From an uncultured delta proteobacterium (GTDB taxonomy: Bacteria; Desulfobacterota; Binatia; Binatales; Binataceae): a DNA stretch of 64,000 bases. The stretch covers positions 544,001 through 608,000 of the forward strand of contig CAVQEQ010000004.1 in NCBI GenBank assembly GCA_963711565.1, written 5' to 3'. Positions 29,043 to 38,525 of the stretch are shown in pieces. The notes under the pieces are model-generated. The model was not told the origin of the DNA and ran no database searches. It was given only the letters and a program-made list of their open reading frames with translations. The translations under genes and the position numbers were made by a program. Every line of letters starts with the position of its first letter. Position 1 is the stretch's first letter.

Positions 29043-30353
29043 GTGACCGATCCCGCACCGACAACGAAATCGAATCCCCCCAGCGACGATCAGCTCGCCG
29101 CCGACTCCGCCGCGCGCGAGCGCGTGACCGTCCTCGCGCTGGTCGCGATGCTTTTTTACCAGGGCTTCGCTGTCGCCATCGTCTCAGTCGCCGCGCCGTG
29201 GATCGGGGTGAGCTTCCATCTCGACGGCGCCGGCATCGCCCGCCTGTTCGCATGGATCTCGCTCTCCGCGCTCGGCGCGCTCGCCCTCTCGCGCATGATC
29301 GATCGCTACGGACGCCGCCGCATGATCCTCTGGTGCATGGGCGCGATTCCCGTTTGCAGCATCGGCGCCGCCGTCTCCACCAAATTGTTTTGGTTCGCGA
29401 TATTTCAAATCGGCCTCTACGCAGTCGTCGGCGCCGCGGGCTCCGGATGCGTCGTGATGCTGTCCGAAGAACTCCCGATCGCGCGCCGCGCACGCGGCCA
29501 GAGCTTCGGCGGCCTGGCGGGCGCGGTAGGCGCGGGCCTCTGCGTTTTCCTGATGCCGATATTCGACGCCTACGGATGGTCGTGGCGATGGATGTTCGTC
29601 ATCTCCGCGGCGGGCACTGCGATGCTGCCGGCGATGGCGCGGCTGCTCCCCGAGAGCGAGCGATGGGAACTGTCCGACGCCTCGGGTATCACCACCCGCA
29701 CGCGTTTCTACGACGTTTTTCAGCCGCTCTATCGCAAGCGCTCGATCACGATGATCGTATGTGCGTTCGCCGCCGCCGTCTCGACCACCGGCGCCAACGC
29801 CTTCGGCTACTACCACGCCGTCTCTGTCGTCGGGATGTCGTCGGCGGGCACCAGCACGATGACCATCGTCGCCGGCGGCCTGGGCTTGCTCGGCTTCCCG
29901 CTCGGCGCATGGACAGCCGAGCGCTTCGGCCGCGTGCCGACCGTCGTCAGTTTCGGCATCGCAATCACCGCCGGACACCTATGGTACTTCTGGGGCCCGC
30001 CGTCGCATTTCGGATGGCCCCTGATGTGGCTGTCGGCCGGCTTCTTCTGGTTCAACGTATGCGACAACGGCGGCACGGTCGCGAGCAACGCCGCCGCCAC
30101 CGAACTCTTCCCGACCCCTTTACGCGGCACGATGATAGGATGGTTCGCGCTGGTCAGCGCGATAGGCGCCGTAATCTCAAACGCCGCAGTAGCGATACTA
30201 GCAAACGCAATGGGCGGCCTATCAATAGTAGTAGGCGCGCTTTCTATCGTAGGCATCCCCGCTGCAATCCTATTCGGCGCAATGATAGACGAAACCCGCG
30301 GCATGTCTTTAGAGATGGCCGGCAAGGAGGAACAATTCACCTCCGAAAACTAA
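29043..30353 (+). CDS. MFS transporter
   Basis: About 12 TM helices, MIDRYGRR, AERFGR, ELFPTPLRG, ETRGMSLE. Confidence 0.92.
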   Translation: MTDPAPTTKSNPPSDDQLAADSAARERVTVLALVAMLFYQGFAVAIVSVAAPWIGVSFHLDGAGIARLFAWISLSALGALALSRMIDRYGRRRMILWCMGAIPVCSIGAAVSTKLFWFAIFQIGLYAVVGAAGSGCVVMLSEELPIARRARGQSFGGLAGAVGAGLCVFLMPIFDAYGWSWRWMFVISAAGTAMLPAMARLLPESERWELSDASGITTRTRFYDVFQPLYRKRSITMIVCAFAAAVSTTGANAFGYYHAVSVVGMSSAGTSTMTIVAGGLGLLGFPLGAWTAERFGRVPTVVSFGIAITAGHLWYFWGPPSHFGWPLMWLSAGFFWFNVCDNGGTVASNAAATELFPTPLRGTMIGWFALVSAIGAVISNAAVAILANAMGGLSIVVGALSIVGIPAAILFGAMIDETRGMSLEMAGKEEQFTSEN

Positions 30354-30354
30354 C

Positions 30355-30806
30355 CCCTCTTATCCCTCGCCCCAGTTAGGATGTAGCGTTCCCCGTCTGC
30401 TCTTATACCTCGCCCGTTATTTCACGGGAGAGGAGGCCGGCCGCATCGCGGCCGGTAGGTGAAGGTTCCGCGACGCGAGCAACACCTATACAGGAACTGA
30501 AGGTGCGCGCCTCTTATTCTCCCGCTGGAATGTAGGACGGAATTTATTCCGTCATCTTAGGACGCAGCGTTCCCCGCCCGCGCTCTTATCCCTCACCCTG
30601 CCGGCAAGCCACCGCCCCTGAGAGCAAAGTAGCGCGCTGCGCGCAACTTTGCGCTTCAACTGGGTGCAGGGGTCACCCCTACCGAGGGCGCGGGGCGAGG
30701 AGCCCCGCATCTGAACCGCCCACCCAGCTTATGCAACGCTCTTGTAAGCTAGAGGATAGCGCCACCCCTAGCCCCTCTCCTGAAGGGAGAGGGGCTAGGG
30801 GTGAGG
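30355..30806. repeat. Intergenic mosaic of several REP-like families
   Basis: CCTCGCCCG...CGGGAGAGG, GTAGGACGGAATTTATTCCGTCA, 80-bp repeat copy 3 and a CCCCTCTCC hairpin. Confidence 0.8.
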
Positions 30807-30808
30807 TA

Positions 30809-32578
30809 CTAGTACGCAGTAGCCGTATGCAGTTTGCGCGCGACGTTCATATTGTTGCCACCTAATGAAGGATCGGTCGTCAATGTGAACATATTGGTCG
30901 TAGGATCAAAGATCTCGGCGGTATTGAGCGTGTTCCCACTGCCGTCTTCTCCCCCGGTAATCAGTATCTTGCCATTCGATAGGGCCGCCGCCGCATGATT
31001 GAACCGCGCCGTATGCATCGAACCGACCGCCGTGAATGTTTCGGTTGCGACGTTGAACACCTCCGCTGTCGCAAGGACGTTACCTGAATCGTCCATTCCT
31101 CCCGCGATCAGCACTGAACCTCCAAAAGTGTATAGCGTTGCGGTATGCATCGCGCGTGCAACCGTCATGTTCGTTCCGCCGAGATCGATAGTAAGCGTAA
31201 ATTTATTGGTGACCGGGTTAAAAATCTCTGCCGTGGATTGCGCAACTCCGGCGGCATTCTCACCGCCCGCTACCAGGACATCGGTAACGCCGATCCCCAA
31301 CGGCGTCGCGGTATGAAACATGCGCGCCGCGTTCATCTGGCTGCCGCCCAATGATGGGTTGTCGGTCAGGGTAAAGGTGTTGAGTGTCGTATTGTACACT
31401 TCGGCACTTTGCAGAGCGCTGATTCCATCGAAGCCGCCGGTAATCACCGCGTTGCTAGCCGTGCAAGTGTCTCTCACCGACGGATTATAGGTCTGCAACG
31501 TAGATGCGGCTGCGTTCACGCGCGCCACGTTCATCATCGCTGGAGGAGGGACCTCCGCGGAATTGAGCACGGTTCCGGCCGCATCCTCGCCGCCCGCGAT
31601 TAAAAACGAATGCGTGTGATGCACGCCTAACAGTCCAGTCTCAGTATGACCCTCCCGCGAAACCGACATGCTCCCCGCGGTAAACTGGTTGGTGCTGCTT
31701 GTGAACGTCTCGGTGGTGGAGGTCGCGCCGGTCGCATCGATCCCGCCGCTCAGCAGGACGGTCGCAGGTGGATCTGGAAGGTCGTTTGCAACGGCGGCCG
31801 CGTGCCGGTAGCGGCTGTCGTTCATCGCGGTGCCGCCCAGGGACGGGTCGGTCGTAAGAGTGAAGGTGTTAGTCTTCGGGTTGAATACCTCCGCGCTGCT
31901 CAGCGGCGTTCCGTCCGATCCCTGGCCGCCGGCAATCAGAACCATCCCCGCGACATACGGCGTGGGCTGTTCCTCGGGTGTACACGATGCGGTTGAGGTC
32001 GGCGTGGGACTCATCGACCCCGTTGGCGTCGGCGTTGCAGTTGCAGTTGGCGTCGGCATCGGCGTCGGACCGGTCACGCCTTCGCCGCGCAGCTCGACCT
32101 TCTGCGGACTCCTGGATGCGGAGTCGGTAAACGTGAGTCCCGCCTTGTCCTTTATTTTGCCGATCGAGGTCGGATGGAATTCGACCCCTACCTGGCATCG
32201 ATTCCCCGCAGCCAGCAGCGCCCCGGAGCATCCGTCGCTTTCGATCTGAAAGGGAGGCGCGGCAACGATACTCTCGAAACTGACTGAAACTGACTTCGAT
32301 TTGTTCGTAACCACCACGCTTATTGCCGCGCTGTTCAGCGTCGCAATAACTTTCCCGAACTCGAGCTTTTGAGGTTCCAGTTTAAGTCTTGGGCATTGGT
32401 TCAGTTTGCAAACTGAACCCGTGTCAAGTGTTGCGATAGCTCTCTTATGCGTGTCCGACGAAGCGGCGTGATCGCCCGCGACCGCCAGGTCATAAACAGA
32501 CATCGCCACCCCGGCAACCACCAGAACCAGAAATATCCCCCGATGCAATCGAGGTCTATTTGAGAATTTACCCATCAT
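30809..32578 (-). CDS. Secreted Kelch-repeat protein with an N-terminal Ig-like (choice-of-anchor D/ASH-like) domain
   Basis: Signal peptide; LEFG...VTN...F...C...C.V.V.F.P domain; Pro/Thr linker; repeated R..H.A...VLIAGG...AEVF blades. Confidence 0.88.
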   Translation of the reverse strand: MMGKFSNRPRLHRGIFLVLVVAGVAMSVYDLAVAGDHAASSDTHKRAIATLDTGSVCKLNQCPRLKLEPQKLEFGKVIATLNSAAISVVVTNKSKSVSVSFESIVAAPPFQIESDGCSGALLAAGNRCQVGVEFHPTSIGKIKDKAGLTFTDSASRSPQKVELRGEGVTGPTPMPTPTATATPTPTGSMSPTPTSTASCTPEEQPTPYVAGMVLIAGGQGSDGTPLSSAEVFNPKTNTFTLTTDPSLGGTAMNDSRYRHAAAVANDLPDPPATVLLSGGIDATGATSTTETFTSSTNQFTAGSMSVSREGHTETGLLGVHHTHSFLIAGGEDAAGTVLNSAEVPPPAMMNVARVNAAASTLQTYNPSVRDTCTASNAVITGGFDGISALQSAEVYNTTLNTFTLTDNPSLGGSQMNAARMFHTATPLGIGVTDVLVAGGENAAGVAQSTAEIFNPVTNKFTLTIDLGGTNMTVARAMHTATLYTFGGSVLIAGGMDDSGNVLATAEVFNVATETFTAVGSMHTARFNHAAAALSNGKILITGGEDGSGNTLNTAEIFDPTTNMFTLTTDPSLGGNNMNVARKLHTATAY

Positions 32579-32684
32579 CCCGGATACAGCCGATAAAAGG
32601 TACGCTCACCCCGAAGCAGATTACAACATCCAGCAGTTTACAGCCCCGCCCCCCGATCCGAGACGGTCGTGATCAGATCCCGTC

Positions 32685-33475
32685 TCTTTTCTTCCCCTCC
32701 CCCTACAGATGAATGTAGGACGGAATTCATTCCGTCAACTCAGGATGCCCGACGCACCCTTCTTCCCCTCTCCCAGAATGGGAGAGGATCGAAGGTGAGG
32801 ATCCTTATACAGCGCGCGATTTTTTCGCGCGCGATTCAAGATTCTGGTGTCTGCTTGGGTGTGTCCATCGAGGTCATGCAAAGTTCTTCTGTCACGGAGA
32901 GGATCGAAGAGCCAGCCCTGAGCTTGCCGAAGGCTCAGGGTCCGGGTTAGGGTGTCACGTTCCGCGCCACTGACTATTCGCCTCGGCCGCTTAGTTGCGG
33001 GAGAGGCCGCACCGAAGGAGCGGGTGAGAGTGTTTTTACAGCGCAATTCGCGCGATCCAAGATTCCGCTCTTACTCTTATCCCTCGCCCCAGTCAGGATG
33101 TAGCTCTCTTATACCTCGCCCGTCACTTCACGGGAGAGGAGGCCGGCCGCATCGCGGCCGGTAGGTGAGGGTTCCGCGACTCAAGCAACAACCGGGCAAA
33201 AGCAGAACCCTCCGCGTCCGCGCCCCTCTCTTTCTGTCATTGAGAGCGGCCGCAGCAAAGAATCCCGGATTCTTTTCCCCCTCCCTGCAAGAGAATGTAG
33301 GACGGAATTCATTCCGTCAACTCAGGATGCCGCCGCACCCTTCTTCCCCTCTCCCTGTCAGGAGAGCTTTGCATAACTTCGTTGCGCACCTTTCCCCTCT
33401 CCCAGAATGGGAGAGGATCAAAGGTGAGGGTCCGATTACAGCGTGCATTTTCCGCACGCGATTCAAGATTCTGCC
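32685..33475. repeat. Intergenic REP mosaic with a duplicated 160-200 bp composite unit
   Basis: GAATGTAGGACGGAATTCATTCCGTCAACTCAGGATGCC...CCCCTCTCCCAGAATGGGAGAGGATC...CGCGATTCAAGATTCTG at about 32711-32845 and 33293-33473; about 33076-33180 repeats 30359-30473. Confidence 0.85.
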
Positions 33476-33635
33476 AGGGTCGGTACGTCTGCGCATAGGT
33501 TACGCAGAAGAGACCTGCCTAGTGGCTTACCAATCCTGTTCGGGATGATAGTATCGATTCGAAGGAGCCTCTTCGTCGAGAGAGCGACCAAACGGTCGGC
33601 CACGAGGCTGTTGCGCGCTCTCGGAGGAGCAATCG

Positions 33636-34370
33636 ATGAAACCAATTCGACGGGAACTGCTGAACGGTCTGTTTGTGCTGGTGGTGGCTAGCCTGATCGG
33701 CGCGGTTTTTGTAGAGATCCTCGCGCAGTTCGCAACCGAATTATCCGCGTCGCGAGGAAAGGACGTGAGGCCCCGTCATGCCGCCGCGATCGCGCTGGCG
33801 GTTTCCGCTTTCGCTACATTTTCCTGCGGTAGCCAATCGCACCAGCAGGAAGCTCCGCCCGGAGAATCGGCTGTGACTTCTCCGAAGCGAACTCAAGCCA
33901 ATCCTGGAACCGCCACTTGTGCCGGTGGTTGCCCCTTGGAGGGGATCGGATTATACGATTCGGCTCCTGGCTGTTATGTCGGCATTATACCTGAGATGAA
34001 AAGCTATGCCGCCCCTTCTGCTGGCCAGCGCTGGGAGGATTCACCAAAAGAAGGCCCGCCATTCCCGGAAGCCAAAGCAGAGGTTTGCTTTGAGAGCGCG
34101 CAGTTTGGCATGCAACTGCACACAGTAAATGTCACGACCGCCAGTCCTGAGTGGAATTCCTTTTTCGATGAAGGGCGGTTGGACCTTCTTACAAAGGGAT
34201 ACGGACTCGATAGCACGGTCGATCTGCAAATTGAGGGCTATTTGGGAGGCGCGGCAACCTGGGCGAATCTGGAATGGACGTGCAAGACGACGATCCCCGA
34301 CCACAGGCGACTACTATGCAAGCATCGGTGGATGCGCCACACCGGGCCAGAGCTGGATGCAGGATCTTAA
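33636..34370 (+). CDS. Hypothetical exported Cys-containing protein, possibly a lipoprotein from an internal GTG
   Basis: GGAG RBS; hydrophobic N-terminus; AAAIALAVSAFATFSC lipobox-like segment. Confidence 0.5.
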   Translation: MKPIRRELLNGLFVLVVASLIGAVFVEILAQFATELSASRGKDVRPRHAAAIALAVSAFATFSCGSQSHQQEAPPGESAVTSPKRTQANPGTATCAGGCPLEGIGLYDSAPGCYVGIIPEMKSYAAPSAGQRWEDSPKEGPPFPEAKAEVCFESAQFGMQLHTVNVTTASPEWNSFFDEGRLDLLTKGYGLDSTVDLQIEGYLGGAATWANLEWTCKTTIPDHRRLLCKHRWMRHTGPELDAGS

Positions 34371-34476
34371 TTCGACAGTCTCAGCGATCAGAAGGCAATG
34401 TATTACCTGGAGGGGAACTAAGTCGCCCCGGATCGATCTGCCCGATACAGACTTAAACATGAAGTAGGTATATCGA

Positions 34477-35073
34477 ATGCTCAGAATCGGAAACCGTCGG
34501 CAGGAGATATATGACTACTTCCACAACAACGAAGCGTGTCAGCAATTCTTCTTCGATGCGGCACAGGAAGAAAGGTACGCAGCTTACTATACGAGCATGT
34601 ACCTAGTGCAAGATACGAGTGAGAGCCTCCTTGTTCATCGTGCGAGGGGATTTTCCTCAGATCCGCATGCGGCTTACATCGAATTTTGGGGCGGTATGCA
34701 GGCTCTTATCATCCAGCAAGACTCAATATCGGAGTTGTACAAAGCGGTGACCGCCGGTCAACTGGATATTCGGGCATTAAGTTCGTGGCAAACGGTCCGT
34801 ACACTTCGAAATGCTTGCGCCGGGCATCCTGCAAAGAAAGATCGTCCCAAGAACTCTCCTGTGACGAGGACCTTTATGGGACGCCGATTCGGGGGATATC
34901 CAGCGATTACTTACGAGCAATGGCAGGCGCAAAAAGGCATCACTCATCCAACAGTAAAACTCGACGCGCTGATCGACGGATATGCGAAGGAAGCGGCGGC
35001 CAAGCTATTGGAGGTGTTGCAGTCGATGAAGGAGCAATGGCCAGCTTCCACTAAACAAAAGTGTGAGAGATAA
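34477..35073 (+). CDS. Hypothetical helical protein with a HEPN-like RxxxxxH motif
   Basis: WGGMQALIIQQD...VRTLRNACAGHP; lower GC than the core genes. Confidence 0.65.
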   Translation: MLRIGNRRQEIYDYFHNNEACQQFFFDAAQEERYAAYYTSMYLVQDTSESLLVHRARGFSSDPHAAYIEFWGGMQALIIQQDSISELYKAVTAGQLDIRALSSWQTVRTLRNACAGHPAKKDRPKNSPVTRTFMGRRFGGYPAITYEQWQAQKGITHPTVKLDALIDGYAKEAAAKLLEVLQSMKEQWPASTKQKCER

Positions 35074-35171
35074 CCTGCTGAGGCTACGTGAAATGACCCT
35101 CCAGGCGCCTTCCTGCATGCCATCTGTCCTATTGCGCAGCTCGGTCGCCCCGCGGCCGCGAACTACGCCAT

Positions 35172-35507
35172 TTAGTGCGCTCCGTGCGTTGTTGCTTGAC
35201 CATCGCTGGAGATCCTATCTCCCTTCGCGACATATCGCCTCACCCGGACCTCGTGCTCCGCTTTCCGCGCCTGAGCCAAATCGAATGCAAGCTGCATTCG
35301 CATCAGATGCTCCATCTTCGGCCCGAACGCCGTCTCGACCCGCAGGCCCATCTCGCTCGTCAGCGCCGCCTTCCCATTCAGCAGGCTCGATAGCGCCTGC
35401 CGCCCGACCCCGAGCACCCTCGCGGCCTCGGTTACTGTCAGTCCGAGCGGCTCGATCACCTCGCGACGGATTAAACCGCCCACATGCGGAGGATTCTTCA
35501 TCGCCAT
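35172..35507 (-). CDS. higA: HigA-family antitoxin (XRE HTH), orphan
   Basis: MKNPPHVGGLIRREVIEPLGLTVTEAARVLGVGRQALSSLLNG...MQLAFDL. Confidence 0.88.
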   Translation of the reverse strand: MAMKNPPHVGGLIRREVIEPLGLTVTEAARVLGVGRQALSSLLNGKAALTSEMGLRVETAFGPKMEHLMRMQLAFDLAQARKAEHEVRVRRYVAKGDRISSDGQATTHGAH

Positions 35508-35673
35508 AGCTCGTTGTCGCCTGTCGCGCGACAAGCGTCAGACAGATCGTTCGTTAGTCCGTCGGAGTTGGCCGCGTCTCCCAAGCTCTTAGCGATTCTT
35601 CCGAACCGCTCGAGGTTCGCCTACTTGGATGCGTTCCCGAAACATTCGTGTTTTATTCTCCTGAACTCCGGGA

Positions 35674-35689
35674 CGTTTCACGTGAAACG
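35674..35689. promoter_or_regulatory. parS centromere-like site 1
   Basis: CGTTTCACGTGAAACG matches the parS core GTTTCACGTGAAAC. Confidence 0.85.
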
Positions 35690-35849
35690 TTCCGGTCGAA
35701 TACCCCAGCAGATATCTACGCTTTTCGAGAATCCATCCGCGATTTGACTGCCATTCGCGCGCACGAACCGGCAACGAATCAACTCGTTGTTTACCGAATG
35801 CTCCGCCGCCGCGCTTCCCGATGCCTCACTTGCATGCAGCCGCGCCGGG

Positions 35850-35871
35850 GAACGTTTCACGTGAAACGTTC
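35850..35871. promoter_or_regulatory. parS centromere-like site 2
   Basis: Perfect 22-bp palindrome GAACGTTTCACGTGAAACGTTC. Confidence 0.88.
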
Positions 35872-35958
35872 GGGTCGAAAACTCCAACACACAATTACGC
35901 TTTTCGACAACTGATTGGCGATTTCGCACCAATTTGCGCAGCGCAATTCCGGCGAGCT

Positions 35959-36429
35959 TCAACTGATTGTCAGCGGCGTCTCGGCGAACTCCTTTTTCTC
36001 GGAATCCCAAGCGAAGGCTGCCGCGCGTGCGAACTTGCCCGCGCGAATCGACATCACGATATAGACCGTGTCGGGATAGTCGGGCTCCGTCGGATCGAAC
36101 GAGCACGCCTGCGCGCGGTCGGTCGCCGAGAAGTACGCGTCATGGTCGGGATGCGAATGGTAAACGACGCGGAGCGCCAGCTTGCGCCGATCGACTTCGT
36201 TCATCACCGCCAGATGCTCCTTCGGCTCCATCAGGAACGCCGTGCGCGCGTCGCGCGGAAACGCCGCCGGGTCCTTGGCATGCATCGCGTTCTGGATATT
36301 GGCGATCGGGCGCACTTCCTCGACCGCATCGTCGCCGATGATGAAGCCGCAGCACTCAAACGGGAACTCGCGCTCGCCCTGTGCGACGATCGCGTCCATG
36401 CTCGCGCGGCGTATCGATGCCGTCTTCAT
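35959..36429 (-). CDS. M67 family JAB/MPN metallopeptidase (Mec-like)
   Basis: FPFECCG and the JAMM motif VYHSHPDHDAYFSATD. Confidence 0.92.
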   Translation of the reverse strand: MKTASIRRASMDAIVAQGEREFPFECCGFIIGDDAVEEVRPIANIQNAMHAKDPAAFPRDARTAFLMEPKEHLAVMNEVDRRKLALRVVYHSHPDHDAYFSATDRAQACSFDPTEPDYPDTVYIVMSIRAGKFARAAAFAWDSEKKEFAETPLTIS

Positions 36430-37405
36430 CGGCTCTCCTTTTTCTCAGTGACGCGCTCCGCAGCTCGGATCAGCCGCGTCAGCATCCGGTTCGTCTCCGC
36501 CTCGAGGCCGAAGGCGTCGGCCAGCTCGACGATCCGGCCGTTGAGAGCGCCGATCTCGGTGCGCCCGCGAACGTGCAGGTCATGCCACATCGTCGGCCGA
36601 TGATCGAACGTCGGCGGAATCAACTGTTCGTAGAAAACCTTTCGATACTCGTCCGCATTCGCAAACGGAAGGGCGACGCCAACCGCGCGCGCGACCGCGA
36701 ACGCCTCGTCGATCGCGCGCTCCATTATTGCCCGCACGTCCGCATCCGCGGCGAGCGCGCCGTAGTGCAGCCGCAAAATCGCCCCGAGCGGATTCAGCGC
36801 GATGTTGTACAGAAGCTTGGTCCAGATAACGGGCGTGATATCGCCGGCTCCGCCGCGGGAACGCCGGCGGCGTCGAGCATCGCCGCAATCGCGCGAGCGC
36901 GCTCCGCCAGCGCCGGCGAGTCCTCGCGATTAATCGCGGGCGCCGGTCCGATCGCGACCGGCTGCGCGAACACCGTCACGTGCGCGCTCCCCGGCGCGGG
37001 AATCTCGGCGCCGAAGATCACGCGTGCGCCCAGCGCGCGCCGCGTCCCGAAGCGCTCGATCAACGACTCGATATTGCCGAGTCCATTTTGCATCGAGACG
37101 ATCACGCCGTCGCTGTTGAGGCGCTCGGCCAGCGCATCCGCAATCGATTCGGTGTCGTAACTCTTGACCGCGCACAGGATCAGACCGAAGCGACCGGCGA
37201 GCCGCGCGGGATCGTCGGCCAGCTTCATACCCGTGACGGTACGCTCGCCGAGCAGTCCCGAGATCCTCAAGCCGCCGCGCGCGATCGCGTCGAGATGCGC
37301 GCGACGGCCGAGCATCGTCACGTCGTGGCCGGCGTCATGCAGCATCCCGCCGAGAATCGAGCCGATCGCGCCGGCGCCCGCGATGAGAATGGGAGTGTCG
37401 GTCAT
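36426..37405 (-). CDS. panE: 2-dehydropantoate 2-reductase family protein, frameshifted near 36850
   Basis: GAGAIG, AVKSYD, SMQNGLG; after the shift, WTKLLYNIALNPL and PTMWHD...GRTEI. Confidence 0.85.
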
Positions 37406-37486
37406 CGTGTCGAAGTTATCGGTCGCCGAATCGTTAGACAACGCCGCGCTTGCAGCCGGGCGATCGCGCGGATTAGGAAATAGGGG

Positions 37487-38329
37487 ATGGAACGGACTTC
37501 GATTCGGCTGGGCGGCGTCGAGCTGGCGTCGTCGGTGATGAACGCGTCGGGCGCGCGCTCGGCGGAGCGCGGCGAGATCCTCAAGCTGTGCGCGGCGCAT
37601 CGCGGCGCGATCGTGTTCAAGTCGTGCAATCGCGCCGGGCTCGACACGCCCGACAACCTGAAGAATCGCGGCGTCGAGTATTTTCAGTCAATCGCCGGCG
37701 AGCTCACTGCTCGCAACAAGAAGATTATCGGCAGCGTGGTCGGCGCCAGCGAAGAGGAATTCGTCAACGTCGCGAGGATGCTCGATCGTGCCGGCGTCAA
37801 CATCGTCGAGTTGAACCTCGCCGACGACTACGTCACAAAATCGGTGGCGCCGTTCGCCTCCTTCGAGCGCCTCAAATCGATCCTCGGCAGAGTTCGCGGC
37901 GAAACAGGATGCGTACTGGCAGTGAAAGTGCCGCCGCGCATGCCGTTCGAGCCGCGCGCGATCGCAGACCTGTTCAAGTCGATGCGCATCGCGATTGCGG
38001 TCTGCGCCAACGATCTCCCGAAGGATCTCGTTATCGACATCGCGCGCGCAACAGTCGAGGGACCGCCGCGCACGCTGTCGCAGGCGCACGCGTTTTTCAA
38101 GGAGAGCGAAAATCTGCTCGGCGTGGTCGCGGTCGGCGGAATCAATAGCGGGCGCGACGCATACATCGCGCATTTGACGGGCGCCAAGGCGGTGCAGGTG
38201 GGCTCTGCTCTGATGAAGGAGGGCGCGGGCGCGCTGGGCCGAATCGATCGCGAGCTGGATTCGATACTCGCCGAGCATGATCACAAATCAGTCTCTGAAA
38301 TCGTCGGCACGGTTCGCTTCAGCGGATGA
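37487..38329 (+). CDS. Divergent dihydroorotate dehydrogenase-like FMN TIM-barrel protein
   Basis: VMNASG, FKS, VELNL, AVK, VGGI.SGRDA, GAKAVQVGSA; the catalytic SCPN motif is absent. Confidence 0.7.
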   Translation: MERTSIRLGGVELASSVMNASGARSAERGEILKLCAAHRGAIVFKSCNRAGLDTPDNLKNRGVEYFQSIAGELTARNKKIIGSVVGASEEEFVNVARMLDRAGVNIVELNLADDYVTKSVAPFASFERLKSILGRVRGETGCVLAVKVPPRMPFEPRAIADLFKSMRIAIAVCANDLPKDLVIDIARATVEGPPRTLSQAHAFFKESENLLGVVAVGGINSGRDAYIAHLTGAKAVQVGSALMKEGAGALGRIDRELDSILAEHDHKSVSEIVGTVRFSG

Positions 38330-38447
38330 GCTTTCGCGCGGCTCGACCGCCGGCCGGAACGACTTGCTCCGCTTCTTGCGGCTCTGATAGTTTCGGCAGT
38401 CAGGCGCGCGCATAGCGCGCGTTCGTATTTTCAGGCTTCGCGCCAAC

Positions 38448-38525
38448 GTCCCCGTCGTCTAGCTCGGCCTAGGACACCGGCCTTTCACGTCGGTAACACG
38501 GGTTCAAATCCCGTCGGGGACGCCA
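38448..38525 (+). tRNA. tRNA-Glu (TTC)
   Basis: GTCCCCG/CGGGGAC acceptor stem, anticodon loop CTTTCAC, GGTTCAAATCC T-arm, encoded CCA. Confidence 0.97.

Noticed and set aside
30355-33475. Repeated palindromes as a CRISPR array
   Set aside because: Several different families, irregular spacing, no constant repeat-spacer period and no cas genes; they fit REP elements.
32669-33691. Short ORFs within the REP mosaic
   Set aside because: They are translations of palindromic repeats with no coding signal.
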